Below are positions 1 to 9,533 of a stretch of DNA of 64,000 nt, in pieces. This DNA comes from a virus. Under the pieces are notes generated by a model. The model was not told where the DNA came from. It ran no database searches and was given only the letters and a program-made list of their open reading frames with translations. Positions within the stretch are counted from its first letter, which is position 1, and every line of letters starts with the position of its first letter. Where the stretch lies: positions 5,787 to 69,786 of the IMG/VR virus record IMGVR_UViG_3300015374_000004; one strand, 5' to 3'. The position numbers and the translations under genes were made by a program.

Positions 1-1964
1 TGCGCACCACGACCTACTACGGCGAGGTCCAGGACGGCGGCTCGACGAACCCCCGCCGCACCAAGAGCCGCTGCATCGTTCACAACGGGGTGAACCGCTA
101 CGCCGCGGTCGAACGGTCGGCCTCCCCCTCGAATGGCGTGGCCCGCTCCACCGACACTGGAGCGACGTGGACGGCCTGGTCGTTCGGGACCACCCGCAAC
201 TACACGGCGATGATGAAGTCGCCCCAGTACAACGCCATCTACGCAGCGGCCGACGACCGTACCGCCACCGGGGCTGACGGGGTCTACATCCTCACCGGCC
301 TCACCGGCACGGTCACAGTCACCCGCATCGACAACATCGGGACCGGCGCTCCCACCCTGGCCGATGTCCGTGATGTGTTCGTCGGCCACATCGGCACCAC
401 CGACTACGTCTATGTTGCTGTGGGGAACCTCTCCGGCTCCGATGCCGACCGCGGGGTATGGCTCTGCAAGGTCAACGCAGACCCAACGGGCGGCGGCTTC
501 GGGGCTGGGAACTTGACGTGGACCCACGTCCTCACGCCCGGCACGGCGGACAGGATCAACTGCGTCGTGGGCTACCAGCCGAACGCTGGGGCCACGCCCA
601 TCTACTTGATGGCGACGTACTTCAAGTCCTCGACGAACTCCTCGGGCACCTACACGCTGAGCCCTGGGGCTGGCGGGACGGTGAAGTCCTACCGGGTCGT
701 CGCCCAGCGCAGCGTCAACGCTGACGACGCCTCGCCTTCCTGGCTGGTGTGCTCGGGCTCGGCGAATGTCGACATGACGACTTACGCGACGACCCATCCG
801 CACGTCTTGTCCTATGTGGGTGAGACGTCGAACGAGAACGGGCGCTTCGGCGGCACGTCCTACTCCTCGCAGGATCTCGCCATCTCGGCCAACGGCCAGC
901 GCATCGTGTCGGCTGGCAAGTCCTCGCCGTGGGTGTGCGACAACCCCTGGGATGCGACGCCCATCTGGCGGCCGTTCTCGAAGGGGCTCGGCGCGCTGGA
1001 GGGCGGCTACGCCAGCATCTTCCTCCCCGAGAAGGGGTGGTGGGCGATCGCTGACGACGACCGGGGGATGTACACCTTCGGCCACATGGGCTACGTCGTG
1101 CCGGAGTGGGTGATCGCCGAGAACATCGACGGCGTCGTCTCCACCGCGAACGCCATGAACAACATCTCACTGATGGTGGACCGCGAGCGGATCCTCACTG
1201 CCCGAGAGACGGACGGCAAGGACTACATCACCACGGACGGCTGGGACTACAACGCTGCCTTCATCACGGCCGCCTCGGTGGGCACTCGCACGTTCCCTGG
1301 ACTCGGTGCGTGGCAGTGGGTGGACGGCACGTCGACCACCCGCCTCCTGGAGGTGGACTCCGCAGCGATACGCAGGGACGGCACGATCGTCGCCTCGATC
1401 CCCTCGACGGCCACCCGCGCCGAGTTCCTCCACTCCGGGAACGTCTGCTGGCTGCACTACCCGGACCTGGGCATCTATCGCTCCACCGACAACGGTGCGA
1501 CGTGGGTGCTCTGGTGGAACAACCCGATCAGCGTCAGCCAGACCGCCAAGTACTCGGGGCACATGACGCTGGAGCCGCCCAACACCCTGTGGATCACGTT
1601 CGACACGCCCGGTGTGTGGCAGGCCGTGGACGCTGACACCTCGGCCGTAGGGACGGGGATCTCCGGCTCGCGCCCTGGCACCACGAACAAGGTGACCGGC
1701 GGCGCGCTGTCCACCGGCAACGAGTACGTCTCGGGGATCTCCTTCGACCTGTGGCGGGGCGACGTGTGGGTCTGTGGCTTCGACCCGACTGGCGCTGCTC
1801 CTCCTGGGCTCTACGTCCTGCGCAAGAACACGTCGAGCGCCTGGCACGATATGACGACGCCGGAGTACCGGGAAGCCTGCATCATCCCGCAGTTCCTCAA
1901 CGTCTACGACGGCACAGCGTTCATCTCTACGGCGTCAAACGCCACGCTTCGGAGGATGGCCTGA
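1..1964 (+). CDS. BNR/Asp-box repeat (sialidase-like beta-propeller) protein, probable tail spike or fibre; 5' end lies outside the window
   Basis: Frame is open back to position 1. Two BNR motifs, 'STDTGATW' and 'STDNGATW'. The position continues the tail module seen at the window end. Confidence 0.6.
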   Translation, partial: RTTTYYGEVQDGGSTNPRRTKSRCIVHNGVNRYAAVERSASPSNGVARSTDTGATWTAWSFGTTRNYTAMMKSPQYNAIYAAADDRTATGADGVYILTGLTGTVTVTRIDNIGTGAPTLADVRDVFVGHIGTTDYVYVAVGNLSGSDADRGVWLCKVNADPTGGGFGAGNLTWTHVLTPGTADRINCVVGYQPNAGATPIYLMATYFKSSTNSSGTYTLSPGAGGTVKSYRVVAQRSVNADDASPSWLVCSGSANVDMTTYATTHPHVLSYVGETSNENGRFGGTSYSSQDLAISANGQRIVSAGKSSPWVCDNPWDATPIWRPFSKGLGALEGGYASIFLPEKGWWAIADDDRGMYTFGHMGYVVPEWVIAENIDGVVSTANAMNNISLMVDRERILTARETDGKDYITTDGWDYNAAFITAASVGTRTFPGLGAWQWVDGTSTTRLLEVDSAAIRRDGTIVASIPSTATRAEFLHSGNVCWLHYPDLGIYRSTDNGATWVLWWNNPISVSQTAKYSGHMTLEPPNTLWITFDTPGVWQAVDADTSAVGTGISGSRPGTTNKVTGGALSTGNEYVSGISFDLWRGDVWVCGFDPTGAAPPGLYVLRKNTSSAWHDMTTPEYREACIIPQFLNVYDGTAFISTASNATLRRMA

Positions 1965-2677
1965 TGGCCCTGGTTCCCTGCACAGCCGACACCGACACCA
2001 TTGACTTCGACCAGGACGTCAGCGGCAACCTGATCGCCAACGTCCGGCTGGACCCGGCTGGTGGTCTGTCCTCGACCGGCGCGGGCATCAAGGCGAACCT
2101 GGCTGCTGCTGGTGGCCTCGGGTTCGCAGGCAACACCATCCAGATCAAGGCTCAGTCCGGTGGCGGCATCGTCATGGACGGCAGCGGGGTCATCGCCCGG
2201 CAGTTGTTCACCTACACCGGATGGCGGCCGGGCCTTGGTGACAACCAGACCCACTCCCAGTCGATCCCTCGCGGCGCCCAGTTGCAGGTCGGGCCAACCC
2301 TCAGCCTCAACCTGTCGCTCGCCCCCACGATCGCCAGCGTCGTCGGGGTCGGCTTCACGTGGACCGTCAACATGAACACGAACCTCACTGGCTTCGCCCC
2401 AGCCGGGTCGTCGGTGTTCGACACGGTCACGGCCAGCCTGCAGGGCAACTTCGACAACGGCGGCTGGTTCAACGTGGACGAGGCCGCCCTCTACACCAGG
2501 GACCAGGCTGGCCTGTACTCCCTGTCCGGGCTGGTGGCAGTCGGCCTGGCCAACTCCACTGTCCACAACATGCAGGCCCGTCTCGTCGCCACTGGCGGCA
2601 CGCTGTCGGGCACGTCCATCCAGGGAGCCATCACCTCCTCCCAGCAGCGCGGCATCTACGCCCTCTACATGTCCTGA
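1964..2677 (+). CDS. Gly/Ser-rich tail fibre-like protein
   Basis: ATG overlaps the upstream stop (TGATGG). Gly-rich repeats 'AGGLGFAGNTIQIKAQSGGGIVMDGSG'. Confidence 0.5.
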   Translation: MALVPCTADTDTIDFDQDVSGNLIANVRLDPAGGLSSTGAGIKANLAAAGGLGFAGNTIQIKAQSGGGIVMDGSGVIARQLFTYTGWRPGLGDNQTHSQSIPRGAQLQVGPTLSLNLSLAPTIASVVGVGFTWTVNMNTNLTGFAPAGSSVFDTVTASLQGNFDNGGWFNVDEAALYTRDQAGLYSLSGLVAVGLANSTVHNMQARLVATGGTLSGTSIQGAITSSQQRGIYALYMS

Positions 2678-3051
2678 ACCTCGATCACGTCGAGGACGAG
2701 GCGGATCATGCCGGGGGCCACGTCCTGGCAGACGACTGGCGCGTGGAAGCGGACCCACTTGACGTACCGGCCGTCGTCATCTGGCATCACGCGGGCATCC
2801 ACCAGGCCGTCGATCGCGGCCTTGGCCAGCAGGGCGTGGGCCACAGGATCACCGAGCGACTGGCGCTTGGTGCCCTTGCAACGGTCGAAGTAGACCTCGA
2901 AGCCGAAGGGTGGCGCCACCTTCCTGGCGATGGTCATGCCAAGCCAGAAGAAGTCCTCCCTCCACTGCTTGACGATCGGTTCTCGCTTCGTCCAGTGGGA
3001 CGAGATCGCCGTGTTCACGGTCAGGGGAGCGCCACTGTGGGTGAGTCTCAT
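2665..3051 (-). CDS. rusA: RusA-family Holliday junction resolvase
   Basis: 128 aa. Motif 'DPVAHALLAKAAIDGLVDARVMPDDDGRYV' matches the RusA Asp-rich catalytic core. RBS GAAGGGA lies upstream of the ATG. Confidence 0.65.
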   Translation of the reverse strand: MRLTHSGAPLTVNTAISSHWTKREPIVKQWREDFFWLGMTIARKVAPPFGFEVYFDRCKGTKRQSLGDPVAHALLAKAAIDGLVDARVMPDDDGRYVKWVRFHAPVVCQDVAPGMIRLVLDVIEVQDM

Positions 3052-3294
3052 GGTCCCTTCAATCTAGACGGGCAGTTCTGTAGTCAGTATCCTGGCCTCA
3101 TGCGTGCTCACGAGGACATCCAAGTGGTGGTCTCGAAGTCTGCACTTCGGGATCTCCTTGACCTTGCGCGCACTGCAGCGAGGGTTCTGGGGCACAATGA
3201 TCGCGCCCTGTCGGATGCTCTGCTGGGGTGTGCCACCGAGGTCGCTCTCACCGTCGACGACCTCCCTGAACGAGTTCACTGCTGAGGAGAGATC

Positions 3295-3657
3295 ATGGGT
3301 TGTGGATGCGGTAGGAACAAGCCAGCCCTCTCTCAGGGCGCCCTCCTGCGGGGGGAGGGGGGTTACCTGACCCTCCACTACGGCGACAACGGGGTCGCGT
3401 ACGGCGGCGACCATGCCGACGAGCAGGTCATCATCGTCGCTCGGAACACCCCCGACGAGAAGGTGTTCACCAAGGACGACCTAGTCGGCGCCAGCGCCTA
3501 CGCCCGTAGCGTCCGAAAGACTCTCATCATCCAGCCCGCCAGCCTGCTTCCGGCTGCGGCGATGGAGAGCCTCTTCTCGCCTGATGTCCTCGACGCTGGA
3601 ACGACCGTCCCGGTTGAGGAGGAAGGTGACGAGGAGGAAACCCTCCAGTTCGTCTAG
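3295..3657 (+). CDS. hypothetical protein (overlaps an antisense ORF)
   Basis: Strong RBS GAGGAGA 4 nt before the ATG. Good GC3 codon usage in the first ~260 nt; codon usage degrades after about 3560. Confidence 0.4.
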   Translation: MGCGCGRNKPALSQGALLRGEGGYLTLHYGDNGVAYGGDHADEQVIIVARNTPDEKVFTKDDLVGASAYARSVRKTLIIQPASLLPAAAMESLFSPDVLDAGTTVPVEEEGDEEETLQFV

Positions 3658-3813
3658 TAGCCGGAGCACCTGATCTTCATCGAGGGTGCGCCAGGTCGTG
3701 ATGTCACGACGGAGCACCATCTGGGCCAGGTCGATCCGCTGGGTGCGGGAGAGCCCGATGTCTCGGGCCAGCAAGCGCAACTTCTTGAGTGGCGCGTCAG
3801 TAGCGTCGTTCAC
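3481..3813 (-). CDS. hypothetical protein (overlaps an antisense ORF)
   Basis: GTG start preceded by AGGAG. Codon usage is good from 3813 to about 3600 and poor in the 3' overlapping part. Confidence 0.4.
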   Translation of the reverse strand: MNDATDAPLKKLRLLARDIGLSRTQRIDLAQMVLRRDITTWRTLDEDQVLRLLDELEGFLLVTFLLNRDGRSSVEDIRREEALHRRSRKQAGGLDDESLSDATGVGAGAD

Positions 3814-3830
3814 TTCTACACTCCTGCCTC

Positions 3831-4499
3831 GTGACGGTCAGTGCTTTGGAGGAGTCCCATCTCCCATCGTACTTCACGGCTGCTACCGGGTTGGATACCC
3901 GCTGGATGGAGCGGGGGCTCTGTCGCAGCCGCAACCACGGCCAGTCGAACGCCTGGTTCCTCCAGCGGTACGACACCGACTACAGCCGGGAAGCCCTGGC
4001 TCTGGCCCTGGGTACGTGTGAGATCTGCCCGGTCCAGTGGGAGTGTGCGTCATACGCGATCGACGGTGAGTGCATCTACGGGATCTGGGCGGTCAAGCGG
4101 GACGATCGCCGGGCACTGGGGAAGAAGGTCGGCTGGCGGGAGATGATGCAGGAGGCCAAGGAGAACTGCCGCCCGGTCTCCTCAGTCATCGTGGCCATCG
4201 GTCGCGACCCCTGGCGCGGTATACAGTCTCGTCCCATGACACCCACATACGGAGCGACCCTGGCGATCGACGGCGAGCCCATCGCTGACGACGCCATCAT
4301 CATCCCCTGCGGAACCAAGTCGGTGACTGCCTACGGGTACGACCCTGAGTCGGCACGCAACGTCATCATCGGCGAGATCCTGCGGCCGACGTTCGAGGAC
4401 GACCCCAACGGCGCCCGCATCACAGGACTCAACCGGGAGACCGGGGTGTCTGAGGTGTGGACGGTGGCTCCGGGCCGCAGGTGTCATGGATGTGGCTGA
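3831..4499 (+). CDS. WhiB-like (Wbl) Fe-S transcription factor with a ~120-aa C-terminal extension
   Basis: Four-Cys pattern 'C..x..TCEICPVQWECASYAIDGECIYGIWA' matches the WhiB C-X(n)-C-X2-C-X5-C and G[IV]WGG signature. The start may lie further downstream (about 3906). Confidence 0.6.
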   Translation: MTVSALEESHLPSYFTAATGLDTRWMERGLCRSRNHGQSNAWFLQRYDTDYSREALALALGTCEICPVQWECASYAIDGECIYGIWAVKRDDRRALGKKVGWREMMQEAKENCRPVSSVIVAIGRDPWRGIQSRPMTPTYGATLAIDGEPIADDAIIIPCGTKSVTAYGYDPESARNVIIGEILRPTFEDDPNGARITGLNRETGVSEVWTVAPGRRCHGCG

Positions 4500-4798
4500 C
4501 CTGGGTGGTCGTCTTGTCCCTGGTGGTGTACCGCATCACCCGGTTCCTCATTGACGACGACCTGATCAACGAGCCTCGGGCCTGGCTGCAGCGCACCATC
4601 GCTGGCGGCGTCCGCGGCCGAGCCCTCCGCATCAAGTTGCTGGAACTGATGCAGTGCCCCTACTGCGTGTCGGTCTGGGTCGGAGCAGGCGTGGTTCTCC
4701 TCGCGAGCATTCTGAGCACAGTTCCCTACCCAGTGCTGACGTGGGGGGCAGCCTGTGGCGGTTGCATGGTGGTCTGGACGGTGGTCGAGACAGAATGA
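4490..4798 (+). CDS. DUF1360-like small membrane protein
   Basis: Two TM helices and a 'QCPYCVSVWVG' motif. Its stop overlaps the TerS start (ATGA). Confidence 0.5.
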   Translation: MWLTWVVVLSLVVYRITRFLIDDDLINEPRAWLQRTIAGGVRGRALRIKLLELMQCPYCVSVWVGAGVVLLASILSTVPYPVLTWGAACGGCMVVWTVVETE

Positions 4799-5256
4799 GC
4801 ATCATGTCCCCCGAGGAGACCCTCGCCTTCGAGAAGCGGGCCTTCCTGGAGAAGGTCAAGGACGGCGTGCCCCGCGTCCATGCGGCCATGGAACTCGGCT
4901 GGTCGCTGCGCAAGTTGGAGCGGCTGCTCCGGGAGCAGGACTTCCTGGAGATGGTCACCGACGTCGAGCAGTACGAGATCGCCGAGGTCGAGATGGTCCT
5001 CCGGGACAAGGCCAAGGCCGGGGCCATGGACGCCATCAAGATGTACCTGCTGAACAAGGCGCCCGAGCGGTGGTCGGAGCGCCGTGAGGTCAACGTCACC
5101 GGCACCTCGGCCGTGATCGTGGCTCACGTCGATGCCACCAGGAGCGCGCTGCGGGAACTGCTGGAGGATCCGTCCGCCAGAGATGCAGCCATCGCTGCGC
5201 TCATGCCCGGCGGTGTGATCGACGCGGAGGTGATCGAGGATGACGACAGCACTTGA
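4795..5256 (+). CDS. terminase small subunit
   Basis: About 153 aa. Shows the helical N-terminal and 'MYLLNKAPERW' features of actinophage TerS. Sits immediately upstream of TerL and overlaps it. Confidence 0.55.
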   Translation: MSIMSPEETLAFEKRAFLEKVKDGVPRVHAAMELGWSLRKLERLLREQDFLEMVTDVEQYEIAEVEMVLRDKAKAGAMDAIKMYLLNKAPERWSERREVNVTGTSAVIVAHVDATRSALRELLEDPSARDAAIAALMPGGVIDAEVIEDDDST

Positions 5257-6757
5257 TCCCAAGGATCAGGTGCGCCTGAGCCACATGGCTCTGCCGTCCC
5301 GCCTCGCCCAGTACGTCAGCAAGGATCTGTTCGGGTTCGAGTGGATTCCCGCGCCGCACATCGCCTACATGGAGCAGCGCGTGCTGGCCAACGTGCTGGA
5401 GCCGAAGAAGACGTTCATCTCCATCTCGATGCCGCCCCGCCACGGCAAGAGCCTGTACTGCTCAGCCGCGCTGGCAGCCTGGTTCCTGGGGATGTACCCC
5501 GAGAAGAACGTCATCCTCGTCACGTACTCGGAGGACTACGCCCTGCGGTACGGCCGTCTGGTGCGTGACATCCTCGCTCGCTACGGCAAGGAGTTGTTCG
5601 GCCGCTCGGTGAGCCGAGGCGCCAACTCGGTGACCGACTGGCAGATGGAGCGATCCCTCGGCGGGATGCTCTCCGTGGGTGTCGGGGGTGGTATCACCGG
5701 GCGTGGTGGTGACCTCATCATCATCGACGACCTGATCAAGAACCAGCAGGAGGCGCGGTCCAACGCCACCAAGTTGTTCCACAAGACAGAGTACGACGCC
5801 TCGATCCGCACCCGGTTGGAGACCGGCGGCACGATCGTTGCAGTCGCTACCCGGTGGGCGATGGACGACCTGCCCGGCCGCTGGCGAGAGATGGACGAGG
5901 CCGGTGACCAGTGGGAGTTCGTCGACTTCCCCTGCATCGCCGAGTGCCCCAAGGACGAAGACCCTGAGATCTGGCGAGATGAACTGGGTCGCAAGGACGG
6001 CGACGCTCTGTGGCCCGCGCGCCTGCCGGTCGAGGAGGCCATGAAGACGAAGGCGTCCATCGAGGAACTCGTGTGGGCCGCCATGTACCAGCAGGATCCC
6101 TCGACCCTGCAGACGGCCATGTTCCCGGCCGACAAGTGGGGCACCTACCCCTGGTACCAGCGCGACGAGGTGATGAAGAAGTGCGTGCGCTTCGTCCGAG
6201 CCTGGGACTTGGCAGCGTCCGAGGAGTCGGGCGACTGGACGGTGGGCGTGTGGATGGGGATGGGCTGGGATGGCCGCATCTACGTCCTCGACGTAGACCG
6301 CTTCCGCTCCGGCCCCACTGAGGTCGAGAACCGGGTGCTCAAGCGGGCCGAGGAGGATGGCGTCAAGACCCACGTCATCATCGAGCAAGAGAAGGCTGGC
6401 TCAGGCAAGACGGTGGTCGCCCACTACGCCCGCGTGCTGATGAACCGTGTGGTCGAGGCGATCCCGGTGACCGGCTCGAAGGATGAGCGCGCCATGATCT
6501 ACGCGGGCAAGATGGGCGCCGGGTTAGTGCTGATCCCCGACGAGATCCACTGGCGCAAGGAGTGGGTCGACGAGCACAAGTTGTTCGGCCGCATCAAGAC
6601 CGACGACCAGGTTGACGCCGCGGCCCACGGCTTCAACTACTTGGCGGACCAGGGCGGCGTGGCGAGGATCTGGTCTCCGGCCGAGATCCCCCTCAACTTC
6701 CACGCCGAGGAGCAACTACGTGCTCTCCTGGAACGAGGGGTGGTGGTGCGGCGCTAG
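5240..6757 (+). CDS. terminase large subunit
   Basis: 505 aa. Walker A-like 'SMPPRHGKS', an ATPase domain and a C-terminal nuclease domain with acidic residues. RBS GGAGGTGA. Confidence 0.8.
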   Translation: MTTALDPKDQVRLSHMALPSRLAQYVSKDLFGFEWIPAPHIAYMEQRVLANVLEPKKTFISISMPPRHGKSLYCSAALAAWFLGMYPEKNVILVTYSEDYALRYGRLVRDILARYGKELFGRSVSRGANSVTDWQMERSLGGMLSVGVGGGITGRGGDLIIIDDLIKNQQEARSNATKLFHKTEYDASIRTRLETGGTIVAVATRWAMDDLPGRWREMDEAGDQWEFVDFPCIAECPKDEDPEIWRDELGRKDGDALWPARLPVEEAMKTKASIEELVWAAMYQQDPSTLQTAMFPADKWGTYPWYQRDEVMKKCVRFVRAWDLAASEESGDWTVGVWMGMGWDGRIYVLDVDRFRSGPTEVENRVLKRAEEDGVKTHVIIEQEKAGSGKTVVAHYARVLMNRVVEAIPVTGSKDERAMIYAGKMGAGLVLIPDEIHWRKEWVDEHKLFGRIKTDDQVDAAAHGFNYLADQGGVARIWSPAEIPLNFHAEEQLRALLERGVVVRR

Positions 6758-7252
6758 CACCATGGTCTCGAACCGCTGGTGCTCAGCGAGCCCGTAGTGC
6801 CAGGGCAGCACCTCCTCGATGGGCTGCTCCCAGGGAAGCCACTCGGTGATCATGCCGCCAGAGGTGCGCCGCTGCTTCGGCCACAGGACGACCATCTCCG
6901 CTCCGGGGTGGGCCATCTGGATGAACGGCACCACATCAGCGTCGCGTCGGCGGAAGCCGAACACCCATCCCGTCTCCTTGTGAGCCACACCGAGGCCCTG
7001 GAAGGCCGGGTGCGTACGCCAGGCGTTCACCTCTCGGGCGATCCTGGTCGTCGCAGCCTGCAGGCTCCTGGGCGCCTTAGCGCCCCATTCCAGAGCCTCG
7101 ATGCACTGCTCCATCACGGCGTAGAAGAACGAGGGCAGCCCCGTCCAGTCGACCATGTCGCCATGCTGCTCGGGAAGCGAGGCCGAGTCCGCGTACTGCT
7201 TGAGCCCTCCGCAGAGGACGCTGTAGACAGCGTCCATCTGGCGGATCGTCAT
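6716..7252 (-). CDS. hypothetical protein
   Basis: ORF with typical GC3 bias. RBS AAGGTGA precedes the internal ATG (MTIRQ...). Confidence 0.45.
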   Translation of the reverse strand: MTIRQMDAVYSVLCGGLKQYADSASLPEQHGDMVDWTGLPSFFYAVMEQCIEALEWGAKAPRSLQAATTRIAREVNAWRTHPAFQGLGVAHKETGWVFGFRRRDADVVPFIQMAHPGAEMVVLWPKQRRTSGGMITEWLPWEQPIEEVLPWHYGLAEHQRFETMVLAPHHHPSFQEST

Positions 7253-7264
7253 GGTCACCTTCAC

Positions 7265-7402
7265 TGCATCGCATCCATGCAGCAGATGACGAAGTGCTCG
7301 GCGAGCGGCGGCGGCAGCCCGTTGTCCAGGCAGTGCTGGTAGAGCATGGCGTACGCAGTGGCGAGCGGGCCGTAGTGCTCGAACAGCACCGCCGCGTGCT
7401 CC
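7265..7402 (-). CDS. small hypothetical protein (45 aa)
   Basis: GTG start overlaps the ERF stop (GTGA). Good codon bias. Not in the ORF track because it is shorter than 60 aa. Confidence 0.25.
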
Positions 7403-7408
7403 GTGATC

Positions 7409-8197
7409 TCACCCAGGGCTGTCTGGGGCAGGTTCGTCACCGACCGTCACCTCCCCGAAGGCACCACGCAGGCTGTCGATGGCCTGCTCCACCGGATCGG
7501 GCTCGACAGCGGAGCCGACCGCGGCCCGCTTGCGGGTGCGCTTGGCTGGGGCCGGTGTGACCGGCTCGGCCTGGGCCTCCTGGGCCTTGATCTCACCGAC
7601 GATGGTGAGGTACTCCTCGGCCGCTGCGTAGACGTCGTACGGGGCGGCCTTCGCCCAAGCGGGCACCGTCTCGTAGCCAGCCTCGGCAGCACGAGCCCGG
7701 AGTTCGGACGTGTAGTGCCCGTTGCCCTCCGCGTCCCGCAGTTCCTTGGCCTTGGCCATGGCCTCGCGGTACGACTCGTCGGCCTTCACATCCTCCTCGG
7801 TGCGAGCCACCGTGGAGCGGTTGCCGTCGTCGTCGTCGTCGGCCGAGATGCCCAGCACCGAGCACAGCGCGTAGCGCCGAGCGTAGGTGAGTGCAGAGCC
7901 CTGGCCTTGCGAGTCGTTCTTCGGCAGGTACATCGGCATCTCGTAGGCCACGTACTCGCCTGACTCATGGAACAGGATGGTGCGCAGGGTCGGTGCGTCG
8001 TGCGTGCCGGACGGGAACTGGCTGACGGCCAGCCCGTTGGCTGCTAGCACGCTTCGCACCGCAGCGATCACGTCGCTGAGATCCGCGTACTTCGAGTTGA
8101 AGAACGGGTTCACCTTGTTCTTGGGGATGGACGTGAACTGTCCCTGCGCTGCAGCGAGTGCGGCAGCGAGGCCGCTCACACCCTCAGAAGTCGTCAT
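7409..8197 (-). CDS. erf: ERF-family single-strand annealing protein
   Basis: 'NPFFNSKYADLSDVIAAVRSVLAANGL...GSALTYARRYAL' is the characteristic ERF core. Confidence 0.8.
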   Translation of the reverse strand: MTTSEGVSGLAAALAAAQGQFTSIPKNKVNPFFNSKYADLSDVIAAVRSVLAANGLAVSQFPSGTHDAPTLRTILFHESGEYVAYEMPMYLPKNDSQGQGSALTYARRYALCSVLGISADDDDDGNRSTVARTEEDVKADESYREAMAKAKELRDAEGNGHYTSELRARAAEAGYETVPAWAKAAPYDVYAAAEEYLTIVGEIKAQEAQAEPVTPAPAKRTRKRAAVGSAVEPDPVEQAIDSLRGAFGEVTVGDEPAPDSPG

Positions 8198-9170
8198 GGG
8201 TACTCCTCTCGGTCAGAAGACGATCGACAGCCCGATCCCGGATGACGAACCGGCGGAAGCCGGGCTGTAGTCCTGTGTACTCGGCGACCAGTGCTGGATG
8301 TTCAGCGGCGAGCCGCTTCCAGTCGACCACCTCTCGGTCCTTCGTGGTTCGGAAGGACGCGACCTGCTCTCCGTCGACAGTGGCGAGGGCGTGAGGCCCC
8401 AATCTCGTGACCACAAGGTCACGAGCCTCCTCCTTCTCCTCCTTGGCTTCCTTCTCGCGGCGGCGGGCATCCTTGTACCTCGCCACTGCCTCGGCTGCTT
8501 CGGGCGGCAGTTCGACGCTGGACCCTGAGTCTCTCGGATACAACACCTGAACGTTCTCTGCTGAGAGTTCGACTCCGGGTGGTAGATCCCCGAAGGCGAT
8601 GGCCGCCATGAGTGTGTCGACGCGCTCGCACAGCGCGCTGATGGCGTCGTCGTCTCGGTCTACCTCGAATAGTGAGACGCTGAGCCGAGGCCCCTCTAGC
8701 GCTCCGATGTAGGTCGTGATGGTGTCACGGCACCACATCTGCGCCTGGGCCTGCCAGTACCAATACCGCGGGACGAGCCCGCTCAGGTTCTTGGTAGTGG
8801 TCTTGATCTCGACGTGTCGGTCGTCGTCGACCTCGTAGTCGAGGGTGGCCATGATCTGACCACGGCGGTAGAGGACGGACGGCCTGCGTAGTCGCAGACC
8901 AGTCATGGCCTCCACCTCGCTCGCCACGTAAGGCTCCAGGTTGAGCCCTCGGGCGAACATCTTGAGCGTGTCCTCGTCCAACACCTTGAAGTCGCTCCTC
9001 AACTTCTCGGTGCAGGCATCGCCGAGGGAGACGTACTCGTGCTCCCCGAACACGCAGGCCGCAAGCGAGGCGTTCCACCAGGGCTTGCGGAGTTCGAGCC
9101 AGTCCTCCTCCAGCGGAGGCAGTGGGTACGTCTCGAAGTCAGCCCTTTGCGACTCCAGAGTCCTTGTCAT
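8184..9170 (-). CDS. YqaJ-like viral recombination exonuclease (PD-(D/E)XK)
   Basis: 328 aa, paired with ERF. 'EIKTTTK' fits the catalytic D/E-x-K region. Typical Erf/exo module. Confidence 0.6.
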   Translation of the reverse strand: MTRTLESQRADFETYPLPPLEEDWLELRKPWWNASLAACVFGEHEYVSLGDACTEKLRSDFKVLDEDTLKMFARGLNLEPYVASEVEAMTGLRLRRPSVLYRRGQIMATLDYEVDDDRHVEIKTTTKNLSGLVPRYWYWQAQAQMWCRDTITTYIGALEGPRLSVSLFEVDRDDDAISALCERVDTLMAAIAFGDLPPGVELSAENVQVLYPRDSGSSVELPPEAAEAVARYKDARRREKEAKEEKEEARDLVVTRLGPHALATVDGEQVASFRTTKDREVVDWKRLAAEHPALVAEYTGLQPGFRRFVIRDRAVDRLLTERSTHDDF

Positions 9171-9390
9171 GTTCCTCCCTGTGGGTGGGGTAGATCGTTC
9201 GGCCAGCGCGGGCCTCGGCTGCCACCAGGGCGCCTTCGTCCCGCAGTTCGCCGACCAAGCGGTGGACGTAGGACAACGTCAGCCCCGTCGCGTCGGCCAG
9301 TTCTCGATAGGTCGGACCGTAGCCATGGCGTGATACATAGAGCAGCACGTGCTCGTACACCTGTTCCATGGAAGCGGCGTGGTTGCGCAT
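9139..9390 (-). CDS. winged-helix transcriptional regulator (LexA/MarR-like DNA-binding domain)
   Basis: 'YGPTYRELADATGLTLSYVHRLVGELRDEGALV' HTH. RBS GGGAGAGAG lies before the ATG. The longer upstream ORF extension is Arg/Pro junk. Confidence 0.55.
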   Translation of the reverse strand: MRNHAASMEQVYEHVLLYVSRHGYGPTYRELADATGLTLSYVHRLVGELRDEGALVAAEARAGRTIYPTHREEHDKDSGVAKG

Positions 9391-9533
9391 CTCTCTCCCT
9401 TCGTGTCCCCGGCGGGGAACCTTCGGCCGACCAATGACCACCAGTGATGGCTGTAGAAACCGTTGACGCCCCCGAGAGGCGCAGGTTCCCCTTCGGGCGG
9501 GATAGGAACCGCCCTGCCAGGGACACGAGGATC

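Noticed and set aside
3064-3414. 116-aa minus-strand ORF between rusA and the 3295 gene
   Set aside because: Low-complexity composition and no RBS. It overlaps the better-supported 3295 gene.
9391-9533. Y-RNA 3' of rsr (hairpin GGGCGG-TTCCTAT-CCCGCCC)
   Set aside because: The loop does not fit the T-loop consensus (no purine at position 57, no A58). It is more simply a GC-rich terminator between rsr and the HTH gene.
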